From an uncultured Chloroflexia bacterium (GTDB taxonomy: Bacteria > Chloroflexota > Limnocylindria > Limnocylindrales > CSP1-4), in assembly GCA_963763775.1 (NCBI GenBank), contig CAVXPZ010000004.1:416001-480000 (forward strand): a DNA stretch of 64,000 nucleotides, read 5' to 3'. Positions 19,371 to 27,998 of the stretch are shown in pieces; position 1 is the stretch's first letter; each line of letters begins with the position of its first letter. The notes under the pieces are model-generated. The model did not search any database. It saw only the letters and a program-made list of their open reading frames with translations, and was not told the origin of the DNA. The translations under genes and the position numbers were made by a program.

Positions 19371-20126
19371 CTAGTCGCCGATGGCGACGAGCGCTCCGGC
19401 GATCTTCGTGAAGGCCGCCTGGTCCAGACCGCTCCCCTCGATGAGCCAGCTCGGCTTCTGCGCCTGGTCCACGACGATCGCCCAGGATCCGTCGCTGGCC
19501 GCGATCAGCGTCCCGTCCTGGTCGCCGAACGCCGCGGATCCGGCGTCGCTGCCGGACGGGACACAGCCGTCCGCGTCCGTGCAGAACGACCCCTCGCGCA
19601 GCATGAGCTTCGCGCCGCCCGGTCCGTGGTACCCGATCTCCATCCGCCCGCCGTTGGCGAGCCGGTACTGACCGGAGTCCACGAACCAGCCTCCCGGCAG
19701 GACCGGGCAGTAGACCGTCCAGTCCACCGCGGCCGTCACGGCGGCATAGAAGTCGCGATTCTCGGCGTTGCCGGTGCACGCCGCGGCCGGCCCGGGTGTG
19801 GCCGACGTCTCGGCGGCGGGCGTCGGCGAGGCTTCGTCGGTCGGGCTCGTGGCGGGGGTCTCGGTGGGACTCGGCTCGGACGAGGCCGTCGGCGACGCCT
19901 CGTCGGTCGGGCTCGTGGCGGGGGTCTCGGGCGAGCCCGATGACCCGTCGTCGTGCGTCGGCGCCGCGGATGTCGCCGACGGCGACCCGCCGCCTGGGGA
20001 CGTCGTGGTCGTCGCGCCGCCGCAGGCGACTGCGAGGACGGCCACCACCGCCAGCAGGAGGATCGGAAGGGACCGATGTCGGTCGGGGCGCGGGCGCTCC
20101 GACGCGCTCGATGGACGTCGGGTCAT
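19371..20126 (-). CDS. Lipoprotein with Pro/Thr/Ser-rich linker and Cys-containing C-terminal domain
   Basis: Lipobox LAVAC; duplicated ETPATSPTDEASPT; VYCPVLPGGW domain. Confidence 0.75.
   Translation of the reverse strand: MTRRPSSASERPRPDRHRSLPILLLAVVAVLAVACGGATTTTSPGGGSPSATSAAPTHDDGSSGSPETPATSPTDEASPTASSEPSPTETPATSPTDEASPTPAAETSATPGPAAACTGNAENRDFYAAVTAAVDWTVYCPVLPGGWFVDSGQYRLANGGRMEIGYHGPGGAKLMLREGSFCTDADGCVPSGSDAGSAAFGDQDGTLIAASDGSWAIVVDQAQKPSWLIEGSGLDQAAFTKIAGALVAIGD
19835..19930. repeat. Intragenic direct repeat (two copies of about 30 bp, 66 bp apart)
   Basis: CGTCGGTCGGGCTCGTGGCGGGGGTCTCGG at about 19835 and 19901. Confidence 0.8.
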
Positions 20127-20211
20127 CGCGTGGAGCGTAGCAGAGCCGGTGCGTGACCGACGCCGGGCGCTCCGACGGTCGCGGCGATGACGATCGCGGC
20201 CGCGATCCGGG

Positions 20212-20961
20212 TCAGACGCCGATCCGGACGAACGTCGGGTCGACGCCGAAGACCTCGCGGATCCGATCCGGGGCGAGCACCACGGCCGGGGGGCCGTCGC
20301 CGACGATCGCCCCGCCGTCGAGCAGCACGAGGCGCGGGAAGAAGTGCGCGGCGAGGGCCAGGTCGTGGAGCACCGCGACGATCGTCGTGCCGTCACGCTC
20401 GTTGAGGTCGACGAGCAGCTCCATCGTGCTGACCTGGTGCCGAAGGTCGAGGTGGACCGTCGGCTCGTCGAGGACCAGGATCGGCGCCTCCTGGGCCACG
20501 GCAAGGGCGATCAGCACCAGCTGGCGCTCGCCGAGCGAGAGCTCGCGCGCGTCGCGCCCGAGCAGGTGCCCGACCCCCACGCGCTCGATCGCGGCGGCGA
20601 CCGCCGCCTTGTCCGCCGGCCGGGCGCCGCGGAACGGGTCCTCGTGCGGCAGGCGGCCCAACCCGACGATCTCCTCGACGGTCGCCGAGAACGGCATGCT
20701 CGGCTCCTGGGGCACGAACGCCAGACGGCGAGCGATCGCCATCCGGTCGAGGTCCGCGAGCGGGCGCCCCCCGAGCTCCACCGTGCCGGCGCTCGGCGCG
20801 ATGACGCCGCCGGCGACGCGGAGGAGCGTCGACTTGCCGGCACCGTTGGGGCCGACGAGCGCGAGGCGCTCGCCCGGCTCGACCGAGAAGCTCACGTCGT
20901 GGAGGACGGGGGCGCGCCGATAGGCGGCGTCAACGCCGGCCAACCGCAGGATCGCGCTCAC
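20212..20961 (-). CDS. Cobalamin/iron-siderophore ABC transporter ATP-binding protein
   Basis: GPNGAGKS, LSLGERQ and LDEPTVHLDLRHQ. Confidence 0.93.
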   Translation of the reverse strand: MSAILRLAGVDAAYRRAPVLHDVSFSVEPGERLALVGPNGAGKSTLLRVAGGVIAPSAGTVELGGRPLADLDRMAIARRLAFVPQEPSMPFSATVEEIVGLGRLPHEDPFRGARPADKAAVAAAIERVGVGHLLGRDARELSLGERQLVLIALAVAQEAPILVLDEPTVHLDLRHQVSTMELLVDLNERDGTTIVAVLHDLALAAHFFPRLVLLDGGAIVGDGPPAVVLAPDRIREVFGVDPTFVRIGV

Positions 20962-22040
20962 AACTCGTACCCCGCCCGGGACCGCCGGAGGACGATGAGG
21001 AAGAACGGCGCGCCGATGACCGCGGTCACGACCCCGACGGGGATGTCGCCCATCAGTCGGGCCGCCAGGTCCGCGTAGGCCAGCAGCACGGCGCCGCCGA
21101 GCGCCGAGAGCGGCAGCACGAGGCGCGCCGACGGGCCGACGAGCAGCCGGACGACGTGCGGCACGACGAGGCCCACGAAGCCGATCAGCCCGCTGATCGC
21201 GACCGCCGCGGCCGTCACGAGCGAGGCGAGGCCGAGCAGGATCCGCCGCTCCCGGCGGACGTCGATGCCGAGGTGCGCGGCGGTCTCCTCGCCGAGCAGC
21301 AGGCCGTTGAGCGTCCTCGCCCGCATCAGGATCAGCACCGTGCCGATGAGGACGATCGGGAGCGTCCCGATCAGGTGCTCCCACGACGCGTTGGAGAAGC
21401 CGCCCAGGAGGTAGCCGAAGATCTGGCGCAGCCCCGCGCCGGACACGTACATGGCGAGGGTCAGGCCGGCGGCCAGCAACGAGCCGACGGCGTAGCCCGT
21501 CAGCAACAGACCCGTGAGGGGCGCGAGGCCGGTGAGCCTCGCGAGCCGGTAGACGACGACCACGGCCAGCAGGGCGCCGAGGAAGGCGAGCCCGTTCAGG
21601 AGCCCGAACCCGAGCACCACCGAGCGCACCGGGATCAGGACCGCGATCGCGGCCCCGAGGGCGGCGCCGGACGCCGTGCCGAGCACGTACGGGTCGGCCA
21701 GCGGGTTCCGCAGCAGCCCCTGGAACGTCACGCCGGCGACCGCGAGCGCGAGCCCGACGAGCATCGTCGTGAGGACTCGCGGCAGCCGCAGGTCCATCAC
21801 GATGACTTCGGATTGCTCGGTCCACGTCCGGGCGAGGTCCAGGCCGAGCAGGCGATGGCCGAGGATCGCGAGGGTGTCGCCCGGGTCGACCGCGACCGTG
21901 CCCATCCCGACCCCGAGCACGAGGGCGACGAGCAACAGGAGGACCAGGGCGATCCCGATGACGACCGGCCGTCGGCCGTGCGCCGCCGCCCTCGCGAGGC
22001 GAGGGCGGGCGGGCGCGAGCGGCTCGGACCGGGCGACCAT
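20958..22040 (-). CDS. FecCD/BtuC family ABC permease
   Basis: LRLPRV, RNPLADPYVLG and GLIGFVGLVVPH. Confidence 0.93.
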   Translation of the reverse strand: MVARSEPLAPARPRLARAAAHGRRPVVIGIALVLLLLVALVLGVGMGTVAVDPGDTLAILGHRLLGLDLARTWTEQSEVIVMDLRLPRVLTTMLVGLALAVAGVTFQGLLRNPLADPYVLGTASGAALGAAIAVLIPVRSVVLGFGLLNGLAFLGALLAVVVVYRLARLTGLAPLTGLLLTGYAVGSLLAAGLTLAMYVSGAGLRQIFGYLLGGFSNASWEHLIGTLPIVLIGTVLILMRARTLNGLLLGEETAAHLGIDVRRERRILLGLASLVTAAAVAISGLIGFVGLVVPHVVRLLVGPSARLVLPLSALGGAVLLAYADLAARLMGDIPVGVVTAVIGAPFFLIVLRRSRAGYEL

Positions 22041-22045
22041 CGGGC

Positions 22046-23096
22046 CTACGGGGTGGCGGGCGCGAGTGACGGCAGGACGGCGTCCGGGTGGAGCGCCTTG
22101 GCCAGCACGAGGAGGCCGTCGACGAGCCGCGGCCCGGGCCGGGTCACGACGATGTCGTCCACGGGCGCGATCGCGCCGTCCTTGACGGCCGTCAGGACCT
22201 TCCACCCGGGGCGGGCCGCCACGTTGTCGGCCGTGACGCCGTAGGCCCCGTCGCCGAGCAGGATGATCTGCGGATCCGCGGCCACCAGGGCCTCGGTCGA
22301 CTGCTCCCAGTTGGTCGTACTCCCCGTGGTGACCGGGTCGCCGCCGGCGAGCTTGATCAGGCCGGCGTAGACGGAGTCGTCGGCGATGCCGTAGACCGCC
22401 GTGTCGCTGGTGCCCGTCTCGTAGAAGACGCGCGGCGCGGGCAGGGTCTTCGTCGCGGCGGCGATCTGGTCGACGCCGGCGCGCATCGAGGCGGCTCAGG
22501 TCCTTGGCGGACGCCGACTCGCCGACCGCGTCACCGATCAGCTCGATGTCCTTGAGCGCGCCGTCGACATCGGCCGCGTAGACGACGAGCACCGGGACGC
22601 CGAGCGAGCGGAGCTTGGTGACGGCGTCGGGCGGCGTCCCGAAGTTGCCGCCGGCGATGACGAGGTCCGCGCCGAGGCCGACGATCTTCTCGGTGTCGAC
22701 CCCCTCGAAGGTCGCCACGACCGGGACGGCGCTCGCTTCCGGCGGGAAGTTCGCGACGTCCTCGACCTTGCCGACCACCCGGTCGCCGGCGCCGATCTTG
22801 TAGAGGATCTCGGTCGCGGCCGGGGTCAGGGACACGATCTTCTGCGGCGGCTTCGCGATCGCGACGGCCGTGCCCTCGTCGTCGGTCAGAGCCGCGGGGA
22901 ACGCCGGCACCGGCGTCGGCGTCGCGGTGGGCTCGGGGGTCGGCGCGGGCGTCGCCGAGGCGACGGCCGTGGAGGGCGCGACGCTCGGCGTGGCGGACGG
23001 GGACGACCCGCTCGAGGTGCATGCCGCGACGAGGACGAGGAGCGCGAGGAGCGCGCCGGACACGGCGCGGATGGGGGGACGGGTGGCTGGGGACAC
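22046..23096 (-). CDS. BtuF-like substrate-binding lipoprotein (frameshift near 22495)
   Basis: Lipobox LVAAC, PQKIVSLTPAATEIL; second frame ends RPGPRLVDGL. Lies downstream of the B12 riboswitch. Confidence 0.88.
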
Positions 23097-23199
23097 GAGA
23101 GGACGCCTCCGGGGGGACGGGGAGCGCGAGGGGCGTGAGGAATCACGAACCCCTCGCATCGATGGGGTCGACGGAGGGGCCTCAGCCGGTCGCGATCAC

Positions 23200-23345
23200 G
23201 GTCCTGCCTACCTTTCTCTCGAAGGTTCGAGCATGCACCGTGGGTCGGCGACCGGACTTCCACCCCTCGACGGGGCGGTCACCGTAGCGGGACTGTGCCG
23301 GAATCTCACCGGCTTCGCGACCACGCGGCGTTCGGACTTGGTCGT
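23200..23345 (-). ncRNA. Cobalamin riboswitch
   Basis: Minus strand GAAGCCGGTGAGATTCCGGCACAGTCCCGCTACGGTGA...GGAAGTCCGGTCGCC matches the B12-element core. In the leader of a Btu-type operon, with extended -10 TGCTACGCT at 23354-23362. Confidence 0.88.
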
Positions 23346-23485
23346 CCGAGCCGAGCGTAGCACAGGTCTTTCGGGCCGATCCGGCGACGCACCGCCGCGC
23401 CCGATGAGCCCCGGATGAGCGCCGCGTGCGAGCATCCCGACCTCGCCCTCCTCCCGCCACGAGCCACCGCCGGAGGAGGTCTGTG

Positions 23486-24565
23486 ATGGTGGAAGTTCGA
23501 TGTCGGCGGGTGATGGGTGCCTTGGTCGTGTCACTCGGGATCGTCGCGGCCGTCGGATCCGGGGCGAACGCCGGGTCGGCCCCGGCCGACGCCTCCTGGG
23601 AGCCGCCGACGTGCGGCGGCGGCATCGCCCGGACCGTCGCGGCCCGATCGCGCGAGGCCGTCGCGGTCGGCGAGGTGCCGCCCGCGCCGATCCGGCCGTT
23701 CGAGCTCACACCGCGGCTCGACTCGACAGGGACGCTGGTGGGTCAGCGGTTCGCGCTCGATGTCGGACGGTCCGCGGTCCGGCGCACGCTGGACCTGCCC
23801 GCGGAGTCGTTCGCGGCCGGCGTGTTCGGCCGAATCGTCCTCGTGGGGTCCGATGACGGGACCCGGTCGCGGCTGCAGGCGTTCGATGTCGTGGCTGGCT
23901 GCGCGTGGGCCATCGCCGACTCGACCGATGTCATCCGACGCGCGACCTTGAGCCCGGACGGCGTGAGCGTCTACGAGACACGCGTGGACCGGTCGACGCG
24001 CCGGGACCTCGGCGTCTGGCGTCGATGGCTCGACGGCACCGGCCTGCCGCGGCGCGCCCTCGCCCCGATCGAGGCGGACGAGCGGTTCGGGCGCACCTGG
24101 TCGACGGAGTTCGCGTGGTCCACGGACGGTGATCGCCTGGCGGTCCAGTCATGCGGCTCCGTGGCCTGCCGCACCCGCATCCTCGACCCGCAGACGGGCG
24201 GCGTCCAGGTCGTCGCAGACCCGTCAGGCGGCCCGATGGTCGGCCTGACGCGAGACCGCCTCGTCGCGTACGGGGCGTGCCGCGGGCTCCCCTGCCGTCT
24301 CGAGTCGACGGACCTCGCCACGGGCCGCGCGACGACGCTGACGATCGCGTCCGGCGTCGCGGTCGTGGTCGGGCGCGGCCGCGATGCCCGGGTCGTCCAC
24401 GAGTGGCGCGATGGGCTCGGCGATCGGCACCTTCGCCGCGTCGACATGGCCGGGGACGACGCCGTCGACCTCGGGGGGATCCCGCCCGGGAGGCACCTGG
24501 ACCCTGACCTGGCTCGCCGTCTCGGTGACGGCCGCGTGCCCGCCATCGACGAGGTGACCCGATGA
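23486..24565 (+). CDS. Secreted hypothetical protein, beta-propeller-like with Cys pairs
   Basis: GGAGGA SD, signal peptide, LSPDG and AWSTDGDRLAV (PD40/TolB-like) motifs. Confidence 0.7.
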   Translation: MVEVRCRRVMGALVVSLGIVAAVGSGANAGSAPADASWEPPTCGGGIARTVAARSREAVAVGEVPPAPIRPFELTPRLDSTGTLVGQRFALDVGRSAVRRTLDLPAESFAAGVFGRIVLVGSDDGTRSRLQAFDVVAGCAWAIADSTDVIRRATLSPDGVSVYETRVDRSTRRDLGVWRRWLDGTGLPRRALAPIEADERFGRTWSTEFAWSTDGDRLAVQSCGSVACRTRILDPQTGGVQVVADPSGGPMVGLTRDRLVAYGACRGLPCRLESTDLATGRATTLTIASGVAVVVGRGRDARVVHEWRDGLGDRHLRRVDMAGDDAVDLGGIPPGRHLDPDLARRLGDGRVPAIDEVTR

Positions 24566-25618
24566 ACCGGATCCAGGACCGACGACACGCCCGGCCGCTC
24601 GCGGCTGTCGCGGCAGGACTCATGCTCGCGAGCTCGATGGCGCTGCCGGTCGCCGCGCACGACCCGGACCCCGTGCTCAGCGGGTCGTTCTTCGCCCAGG
24701 ACCAGGCGCTGCTGTTCGATTGGCGCACGGGGTCCGAGCCGCCGGCCAGTCTCAAGAGCGCCATCAAGGCCGCCGCGGGCGACGCCACGTCCAGCCGCGC
24801 GTCGCGAGCCGCGACGTTCGCCTTCGACAGCGCCGGCAAGAACCCGATCGGGTACGGCGCGGGCAACACGTGCGGCCCCAACGGGATCGCGTGCTTCACC
24901 CGGGACGTCCCGGACGGCTTCACGATGTGGTTCCGCGAGCAGGGCCACAAGTTCGACTGGGGCAGCCTCAAGTGGTGCCAGTCGTACGCCGACCCGCCGA
25001 CTGGTTGCTTCGACGCGGAGACGATCGCCCTCGATGAATTCGGGCACGTGGAAGGCCTCGACCACCACGTCAACTACGGCGACGACCACGACTACCTCGA
25101 TGCCGTGGTCCAGACGGTCTCGCGCGCCAAGCCAGCCGACGGGCTGGAACACGCACCAATTCGGCCGGTGCGACATCGCGACGCTCCAGCGCGAGTACGA
25201 CGTGGCGTCGGCATCCGCGTCGTACTCGACCTGCCTCGATCTCACCACGGTCCTCACGATCTCGGCCAGTCCGACATCGATCGCCTACGGGGCGTCGACG
25301 ACCCTGACGGCCACGCTCAAGGTGGCCGGCACGGCGTCGTATGACCGGCTTCGCAGCAACGTCGTCACCGGCCGGACCGTGGCGCTCCAGCGCCGCCCCG
25401 CTGGCGCGACCACCTGGGTCACGGTCGGCACGATGACGCCCGGCACCAGCGGCACGTACCGCCTCGCGGTCAAGCTCCAGGCGGCCACCGAGTTCCGTGC
25501 GGTCTTCAAGACGCCCACGAACGAGGGCCTGAACGGCGATACGTCCCCGTCGGTCGCCGTGTCGGTCGGCGCATGCACCGTCGGGCCGTGCCCGCTCAGC
25601 GCCACGGAGACCCGATGA
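24562..25618 (+). CDS. Secreted matrixin/metzincin-like protein with C-terminal beta-sandwich (frameshift near 25142)
   Basis: Signal peptide; FDAETIALDEFGHVEGLDH fits the HExxHxxGxxH spacing with the first His replaced by Asp. Confidence 0.7.
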
Positions 25619-26205
25619 CCCCGGTCCGGGCCTTGCGCGCCGCCGGCCATCCGGCGTGGTGGGTGGCACCGCTGGTGGCCGTCGTCGTGCTGGCGTGCGG
25701 CGGCACGCCGGTCGCCAGCGACGGCGGGTCGCCGACACCGCCGCCGGCCGTCTCGACGGCGCCGCCGGCCGGTGCGGTCACCGCGCGAGCGACCGCCCGC
25801 CCGCCGGACCCGACGCCAGACCCGGACCGGCCGCCCGCGGCCTCGCTGGCGGTCGAGGGCGGAGACCCGGTCGTCGGCGACCTCGGCGCGTACAGCTGGG
25901 CGGGCGGCGGGTCGGACTCGCCGTGGCTGCCGGGCGCGCCGATCCGCGTCGGCGCCGGGGAGCCGCTTCGGGTGACGCTGGCGGGCGCGCCGCGGACGGC
26001 GTCCTGGACGGTCCGGGCGGCCGCCGCGCCCCGCGTCGGCACCGACGGGACCCGTGCGCTCGGTGACGGGGACGGCGACCGGCCGATCGTCTTCCCTGCC
26101 CCACGGCCAGGATCGTGGACGGTCGCGGTGACGGTGCGCTTCGCCGCGGGCGGCTCCGCGACGTACTACTGGCGGGTCGAGGTCGCGGGGACGGGGTCGC
26201 CGTGA
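25615..26205 (+). CDS. Hypothetical lipoprotein
   Basis: Lipobox VVLAC, Pro-rich linker, Ig-like C-terminus; ATGA overlap with the upstream gene. Confidence 0.7.
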   Translation: MTPVRALRAAGHPAWWVAPLVAVVVLACGGTPVASDGGSPTPPPAVSTAPPAGAVTARATARPPDPTPDPDRPPAASLAVEGGDPVVGDLGAYSWAGGGSDSPWLPGAPIRVGAGEPLRVTLAGAPRTASWTVRAAAAPRVGTDGTRALGDGDGDRPIVFPAPRPGSWTVAVTVRFAAGGSATYYWRVEVAGTGSP

Positions 26206-26242
26206 GCGTCCCGCGCGTCCCGGGTGGCACACTTCGTCCGCG

Positions 26243-27184
26243 ATGCGACCATCCCGCCGCCGACCCGCCGTGCTCACCGTCCTGCTCGTCGCGTCGCTGG
26301 TCGTGGGTCTCGCGGCCTGCGACCAGGGGCAGATCGGCGGACAGCCGGACCTCGGAGGCCTGCTCGTCCTGGCGGGCGACCCGGGCGATTCGACCCTCAG
26401 GACCTGGGCGCCCGGGGCCGCGGCGGATGGCGGCGATGCGGTCAAGACCCCCAAGGGCACCGCGTGGGTCGCTGCGGGCCGAGCCGCCGTCCTCGTCGCG
26501 AGCCTGGTCGGCGGCGACCTCCGCACGAGCGACCCGATCCATGCCGGGGATGCGCCGACGTGGCGCAAGGTGTCGGCCGCCGGGGCGGACGGCCAGGATG
26601 CCGCCGGGCCGTTCTACTTCCCGACGTGGGACCCGGAAGGCGGCCGGTTCGCGGCGCTCGCCGGCGATCTCGACGCCGCGCCGGTGCTGACCCTCGTCGA
26701 CCCGTCCGCCGGCAGCGCGTTCGAGGTGGACCTCGGGCGCCCGGTCGTCGCCGCGCCCCCGGCGTGGGTCGGTCCCGACCTGGTCGCCATCGCGGTCGGC
26801 GATGCGTCGGCGCCGGGGTCGATCCTCGTCGATACGACCACCGGCGAGATCCGCGACGGGCCGGCGGGCGGCCGCCTGTTCGCGACATCGGCGGACGGCG
26901 CCACCATCGCCGTGGTCGGCGACGGCGACACGATCACGATCCGCTCGACCGAGGGCTGGCTCGCCGGTGACGGCTCGTCGATCGGCTCGGTCGACGCGCC
27001 GCCCGGGGCCGTCGCGCCCACGGCGCTCGCGCTCGACGCGGACGCAGGACGCCTCGCGATCGCGTGGCTCGACGATGGCGGCGCCATCTCGGTGGCCGTC
27101 CACGAACGGACCGCCGCATGGCGGCGGACGGCGAAGATCGATCAGCCGAAGGCGGCCGGGGCGGTCGTCGCGTGGTTGCGCTGA
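26243..27184 (+). CDS. Hypothetical lipoprotein, beta-propeller-like
   Basis: Lipobox LAAC; PTWDPEGGRFA and SADGATIAV motifs. Confidence 0.7.
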   Translation: MRPSRRRPAVLTVLLVASLVVGLAACDQGQIGGQPDLGGLLVLAGDPGDSTLRTWAPGAAADGGDAVKTPKGTAWVAAGRAAVLVASLVGGDLRTSDPIHAGDAPTWRKVSAAGADGQDAAGPFYFPTWDPEGGRFAALAGDLDAAPVLTLVDPSAGSAFEVDLGRPVVAAPPAWVGPDLVAIAVGDASAPGSILVDTTTGEIRDGPAGGRLFATSADGATIAVVGDGDTITIRSTEGWLAGDGSSIGSVDAPPGAVAPTALALDADAGRLAIAWLDDGGAISVAVHERTAAWRRTAKIDQPKAAGAVVAWLR

Positions 27185-27207
27185 CCCCGGCTCAGGTCAC
27201 CGGGGCG

Positions 27208-27486
27208 TCACGCGGTCGGGACGGCCTCCGGCGCGGAGAAGATCGAGATCTGGGCGTCCTCGGGCAGCATGACGCCGAACACCTTCTGCAGGGTGAGGAG
27301 GTGGACGCAGGAGCCCCAACTCTCGAAGTAGTGGCAGGTGCATCGCCACTGACCGACGTCGAGACTCACGTGATGGGTGTCGTTGTCGCCACGGAAGGTG
27401 AGCGAGAGACGGTCGATGGTGATCCGATCGAGCTCTCGCGCGTAGCGATTCGCCTTCTCGACCTTGCCGATCAGGGAGCTGTGCAT
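27208..27486 (-). CDS. Small SWIM-type zinc finger protein
   Basis: MHSSLIGKVEKANRYA...CTC-x8-CVH; GGAGG SD. Confidence 0.8.
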   Translation of the reverse strand: MHSSLIGKVEKANRYARELDRITIDRLSLTFRGDNDTHHVSLDVGQWRCTCHYFESWGSCVHLLTLQKVFGVMLPEDAQISIFSAPEAVPTA

Positions 27487-27617
27487 CGCCCTGCTACCTC
27501 CGTCGCCCCAGTGGGGCGCTGGCGAGGCCGCCGTCCGGTCATGCACCTCGACCGGTGATGGCGGTCGCGTGCCGAAAGAGTACACCCGCCATGACCCCGG
27601 GTCACCCCCCGATCCAC

Positions 27618-27998
27618 CTACGGGGCGCTGGTCCCTTCGCGCCCGAAGTCGTCCTGGAGCCGCACGACGTCGTCGAGTTCGGGGGTGGAGACCTCGACCA
27701 GTTCACAGCGCTCGATGGCCTCGTAGCGGTGGATCCGCCCGGTCCGGACCCGACGGTGCTCGCCGGCCCCCAGCTCCTCGACGACCACCTCGCCCGCGTC
27801 GTCCTCGAGGTACAACCGGAGCCGGCCGGACAGCACGAGGATCGACTCGTCCTTGACCTCGTGCTTCTGGAGCGAGAGCCGCTTTCCGGCCTCGATGACG
27901 AGGATCTTGCCGACGTACTGCTCGGTGTGCGCCCAGATCAGCTCGTGGCCCCAGGGCTTCTCGACCCGGCGTCCACCGCCGGCGGCGGGGTCACTCAT
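27618..27998 (-). CDS. Cupin domain protein (mannose-6-phosphate isomerase type II C-terminal-like)
   Basis: VEKPWG, LSLQKHEVKDE and EVSTPELDDVVRLQDDFGR. Confidence 0.88.
   Translation of the reverse strand: MSDPAAGGGRRVEKPWGHELIWAHTEQYVGKILVIEAGKRLSLQKHEVKDESILVLSGRLRLYLEDDAGEVVVEELGAGEHRRVRTGRIHRYEAIERCELVEVSTPELDDVVRLQDDFGREGTSAP

Noticed and set aside
20958-23159. Apparent fusion of substrate-binding protein and permease (733 aa)
   Set aside because: An artefact of an indel near 22495. The binding protein ends at 22046 in another frame and the permease has its own ATG at 22040.
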